From Flaccisagitta enflata (lineage: Eukaryota), in the NCBI GenBank assembly GCA_965153355.1, contig OZ231126.1, positions 34,410,001 to 34,474,000 of the forward strand: a DNA stretch of 64,000 nt, in the 5' to 3' direction. The notes under the pieces were generated by a model, which was not told the origin of the DNA, did no database searches, and was given only the letters and a program-made list of their open reading frames with translations. Each line of letters starts with the position of its first letter. Position 1 is the stretch's first letter. A program made the translations under genes and the position numbers. Shown here piece by piece: positions 60,250-64,000 of this stretch.

Positions 60250-61310
60250 TATTTGCTTTTCATTTTCTGTTTCTTTTCTTTCATTTTGATTACTACGAGA
60301 TAGGGAACAAAATTATTAAACCAATGTCGCGCTCATCGGCACTTTCAGATGAAAGTCAGGCAGACAGGCAGACAGGCGGACAGACAGACAAACACAGACT
60401 TTTGGAAAAACCTCTGAATAGCTGTTTACCCCTCCAAGATTCTTTTCCAATGATCAAAATGCCTTAAATACAACTTTGTGGTGTATGGAGGGGCCAACCA
60501 ATGAACGGATAGACCAATCAACCAAAACTTGGCATATATAATCACTTTGAATGTGACTAAAAATTAAGAAGTATGTCGGAAACTTTATGAGAAAAAATTG
60601 TCTGCCTCGGAAGATTTTCAAAATATGAACGCCTGCCTCGCACATGGTTGATCAGGCCCAGACCCCCACCCAATCTTCCATACTCAAATACAAGCCAAGC
60701 ATAGATCATCGGCTCTTTCAAGGTCATTGCGCTGCTTAATCCTCACTTCCACATCCTAACATATACTGACTTAGGGGCAACGGTCTACTGACCATCTGTC
60801 GCTTTTGCGACTATTACTTTTTTTGGCGTTTATGAGCTTTATGACTCACTGCCTCTGCCCAAATGCTCCAGTGACCTTCTCTATCACTGCCCCTGCCCAC
60901 CCAAACGCGAATGGGGTAGCCGTGTGTCCGGCCTTGTTCATTTTAGAACCTTTCAACTCTTGAGCTCTTTTCATCTCCTTCGATTCACAAGTTGCCATCT
61001 GTGATAGCCCAATCGGCCCATCAACATCATCTATTCTGTCAGTGACCTTGACAGACTGGCAGCATTCTGTGTCGATGCAGTATAAAGCCGGTGAATGGTA
61101 AACCACCAGCTCGAACCATCATGGCTTAGAGGCACTGTTTAAAGAATAGTTAAACCTGCGATAGCGATTTTACAGAGATAGATAAAAGAAGAAATTCCAG
61201 ATAAATCCTAGATCTTTCAGCTCAATTCAAGGTTCAGCAGTACAGCGTAGACGACGGTCAGGAGAGACACGTTTATATCTAGGCATTTTGATTCTCTGCA
61301 CTGACATTAC

Positions 61311-61577
61311 GCAGCAGAAAAATAAACCGCCATGAATAGCTCACCTCGTAATCTAGGGTGAGATTGAACCCCGGGGGCTACTCGGGGATGCTTGAGGTTA
61401 AACCCCGAGTAAACCCCGAGCAACCAAAGCTCAGGGTTTGCTCGGGGTTTGTTCGGGGTTGCTCGGGGTTGACAGATATCCTTTAATTGTTTACTAGAGA
61501 CAATTCTGAGCAAATCCTGAGCAGCTCCCAGCAACCCTGGGGTTGACTCGGGGTTTAATCTCACGTTTTTTCTGTTA
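61311..61577. repeat. Small MITE-like element built of AACCCCGAG units in both orientations
   Basis: Repeated AACCCCGAG / CTCGGGGTT; imperfect terminal IR CAGAAAAA / TTTTTCTG. Confidence 0.5.
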
Positions 61578-63140
61578 TAGATTATGAGGTGTAGCTGTTG
61601 AACAGTCGTCAAGTTGATCATTGGCTTTGAATGAATGAATTTTATTTATGAGAAATAATCACAATTACATGTAGGAAATTGTAAAAAGCCTGCCCCGAGA
61701 GATAGCCTGTAACGTCCATAAACTTTTTCAGCTGCGGACTACAAGAGACTATGTCCAACCTTCCGTCTATCCGTCCGTCTGTGATGAAAAAACGAGTATT
61801 TCAGGCACTTTTGTGTATGATTGAGTTGGGGTGGGGCCACAGGGGTTTGGGTGTGGATCAGGGTTGGATGACCCTGCCCACTCGTCCGCAACAGTATTGT
61901 GACCCCGCGTCACTTGTTCCAACAGGGTCCCCTAGCAATAAATTCATAACAAATGCTGAAAGGGATAAAAGTTGCATATATGATATGTATATCATCATTA
62001 TCTACTGCCTTCATCACAGTAAGAACGCTTTTGACAAATGATCATACTGACGAGGCGGTTTTTTCTCAATTAACATGAGAATAATCAATTGAAGTCATTT
62101 GCAGCGTATCTTGCTTAATTCATGGCATCCGTCGATTTCTCTTGACAAAACACAAATTTCATATTGAATGACGTGGAAAATTAACGGAAAAGTGAAGAAC
62201 TGCATGATTCCCATTGGATAACAAAGAGAATGGTGAAAATTGAGAAGGTTGTAAACTTCCAATTGAATAACATGGTAAATTGACAAAAGGTTGGAAAAAT
62301 GCAAAATTCCTATTGAATGACGTGGGGAGTTGCTGCCAAAGCCTCAAATATGCCCTATCAGGACGTCTGGAGATTCACCCCTGTGTCCTGCAGGACATCG
62401 GCCCTTTGGGGCCGCTGCCCTGCTCTCACTCTAATTCTTCAGTTAATCACTCCAAGCAGGGCATCGGGTACCGCTGACCATGTGCGATCCTTCGATCCTT
62501 CGATGACTTGAATACCGATTGAGATATATCGATATATGCATTCCGTCGATGTATGTTTCCCCTATTTTGAAAACTGGTACTTCGCTACAAAATCTTTGCT
62601 CCAGTGCGTTTTTAGGTGCGACAAAGCACCTCTATATCTGGCTGTGTCCGTTGGTTGGTTGGTTGGTTGGTCGGTCGGTCTGTCTGTGGGGTAACGCATT
62701 CGTTCGACGATCCACACGTCGCACCTTATTGGCCTACTTGGCCTTGTTTCCCCCTATATCCCTTTTTGATATGACTTTGCCATTGTGTGATTATCATGTC
62801 TCGGGATTAAATTCATTTGTTAATTCCAAAATTCTCCGACAATTTTTCCGAAACCGGGTCGGCACAGGTTGACTGTATCCAAGTGCACGACGAGGCCGAT
62901 GTTACAGTTCCTTCGACAACGAAGAACATGATCAACGAATTTTGGTGGTTGGAGAAAGCCAACTGTTCTAAGAGAAAAAGGTTCATTGCATTGCGAGGGA
63001 TGAGTGGTCAGTGTCACCCATTGTACCCCCTGCACGTTTATTTCAATAGTATGGGATGACCAATACTGCATTGCTGCATTGCCGCAAGCTGGGATTTTCA
63101 ATGGTGAAATAAAGAAAGGCAGACAGCTTAGTCAGGGAAA

Positions 63141-63335
63141 GTGAAAGAAAGAAGGAAAAAAGGAAAACAAGAAAGAAAGAAAGAAAGAACGAAAGAAAGT
63201 AAGAAAGAAAAAAAGAAAAAAAGAAAGAAAGAAAAAAAAAGAAAGAAAGCAAAAATGAAAGAAAGAAGCAAAGAAAGACAGAAAGAGAGAACGAAAGAAA
63301 GAAAGAAAGAAGGAAAAAAAAGAAAAAAAGAGGCA

Positions 63336-63395
<60 letters not shown>

Positions 63396-63474
63396 AAAAA
63401 AGAAAGAAGGAAAGAAAGACCGAAAAAAAGAAAGAAAGAAAGCAAGAAAGAAAGAAAGAAAGCCAGAGAGAAAA

Positions 63475-63546
<72 letters not shown>

Positions 63547-63600
63547 GAAGGAAGAAAAAAAGAAGGAAAGAAAGAAAGAAAGAAAGATACAAAGAAAGGA
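63141..63600. repeat. Degenerate (AAAG)n microsatellite
   Basis: Direct inspection. Confidence 0.95.
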
Positions 63601-63644
63601 ACAATTGAAAAAAGTATGGAGGAAAGGGAGATGCGTAAAGATAA

Positions 63645-63815
63645 GTAAAATGAAAGATTTGGCTTTTGCCACTGCACCGCTCTCCTAATCAGGTCCCGAT
63701 GTTGTCTTACATGCGGTGAACATGGGGTAAGCCTTACTCCATTGTCCGGCGACGGATTCGACACCTATCTCAGTTTCGACGAGATTGTTGGCTGCTTCCT
63801 CCACTCGACCACCCA
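63645..63815 (-). mobile_element. Putative tRNA-derived SINE
   Basis: On minus: A box TGGTCGAGTGG, B-box-like GTCGAATCC, then a non-tRNA body running toward a (CTTT)n tract. Confidence 0.5.
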
Positions 63816-64000
63816 AAACCAATTCCGTTCCAGTCAAACCGGACGAAGCGTCAACCCGTCGATCACCATCCCACGTTCAGGGTCGGAATTCGAAATATTT
63901 ACTGTAGTCGTTTACGCGCCAAAAATCGTTGGCAAGAACAGGAAGATGCGAGAGAACGCGCGAGTTAAGTTAAGGCGGAAAACGTTCACTTTTCTCGTCG

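Noticed and set aside
60946-61140. Exon-like unique sequence
   Set aside because: No convincing frame with matching splice sites on either strand

Overview
Microsatellite- and transposon-rich eukaryotic DNA with GT-AG introns, most likely from an invertebrate animal; the species cannot be determined. Most ORFs in the supplied track are translated microsatellites. Main contents: (1) A full-length BEL/Pao LTR retrotransposon on the minus strand (12339-23483, 5-bp TSD TTAAC) with a frameshifted gag-PR-RT-RH-IN polyprotein. It has TG...TA LTR ends, no tRNA-type PBS, a very long Q-rich Gag N-terminus, and a 1.5-kb extra 3' region with splice-like signals and sequences complementary to the PBS position and the PPT. 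(2) An 8-exon MFSD8/CLN7-like MFS transporter (29603-35171, +) with a 41-Asn tract. (3) A 13+-exon single-pass immunoglobulin-superfamily receptor (37501-52349, +, 5' end unresolved) whose cytoplasmic tail ends in an EF-hand-like pair. (4) Many non-autonomous DNA elements (Helentron-type HINE/DINE-like, Tc1/mariner MITEs, hAT, Academ-like, telomere-repeat-carrying), several nested, plus a tRNA-derived SINE. All calls were made by eye, with no database searches.
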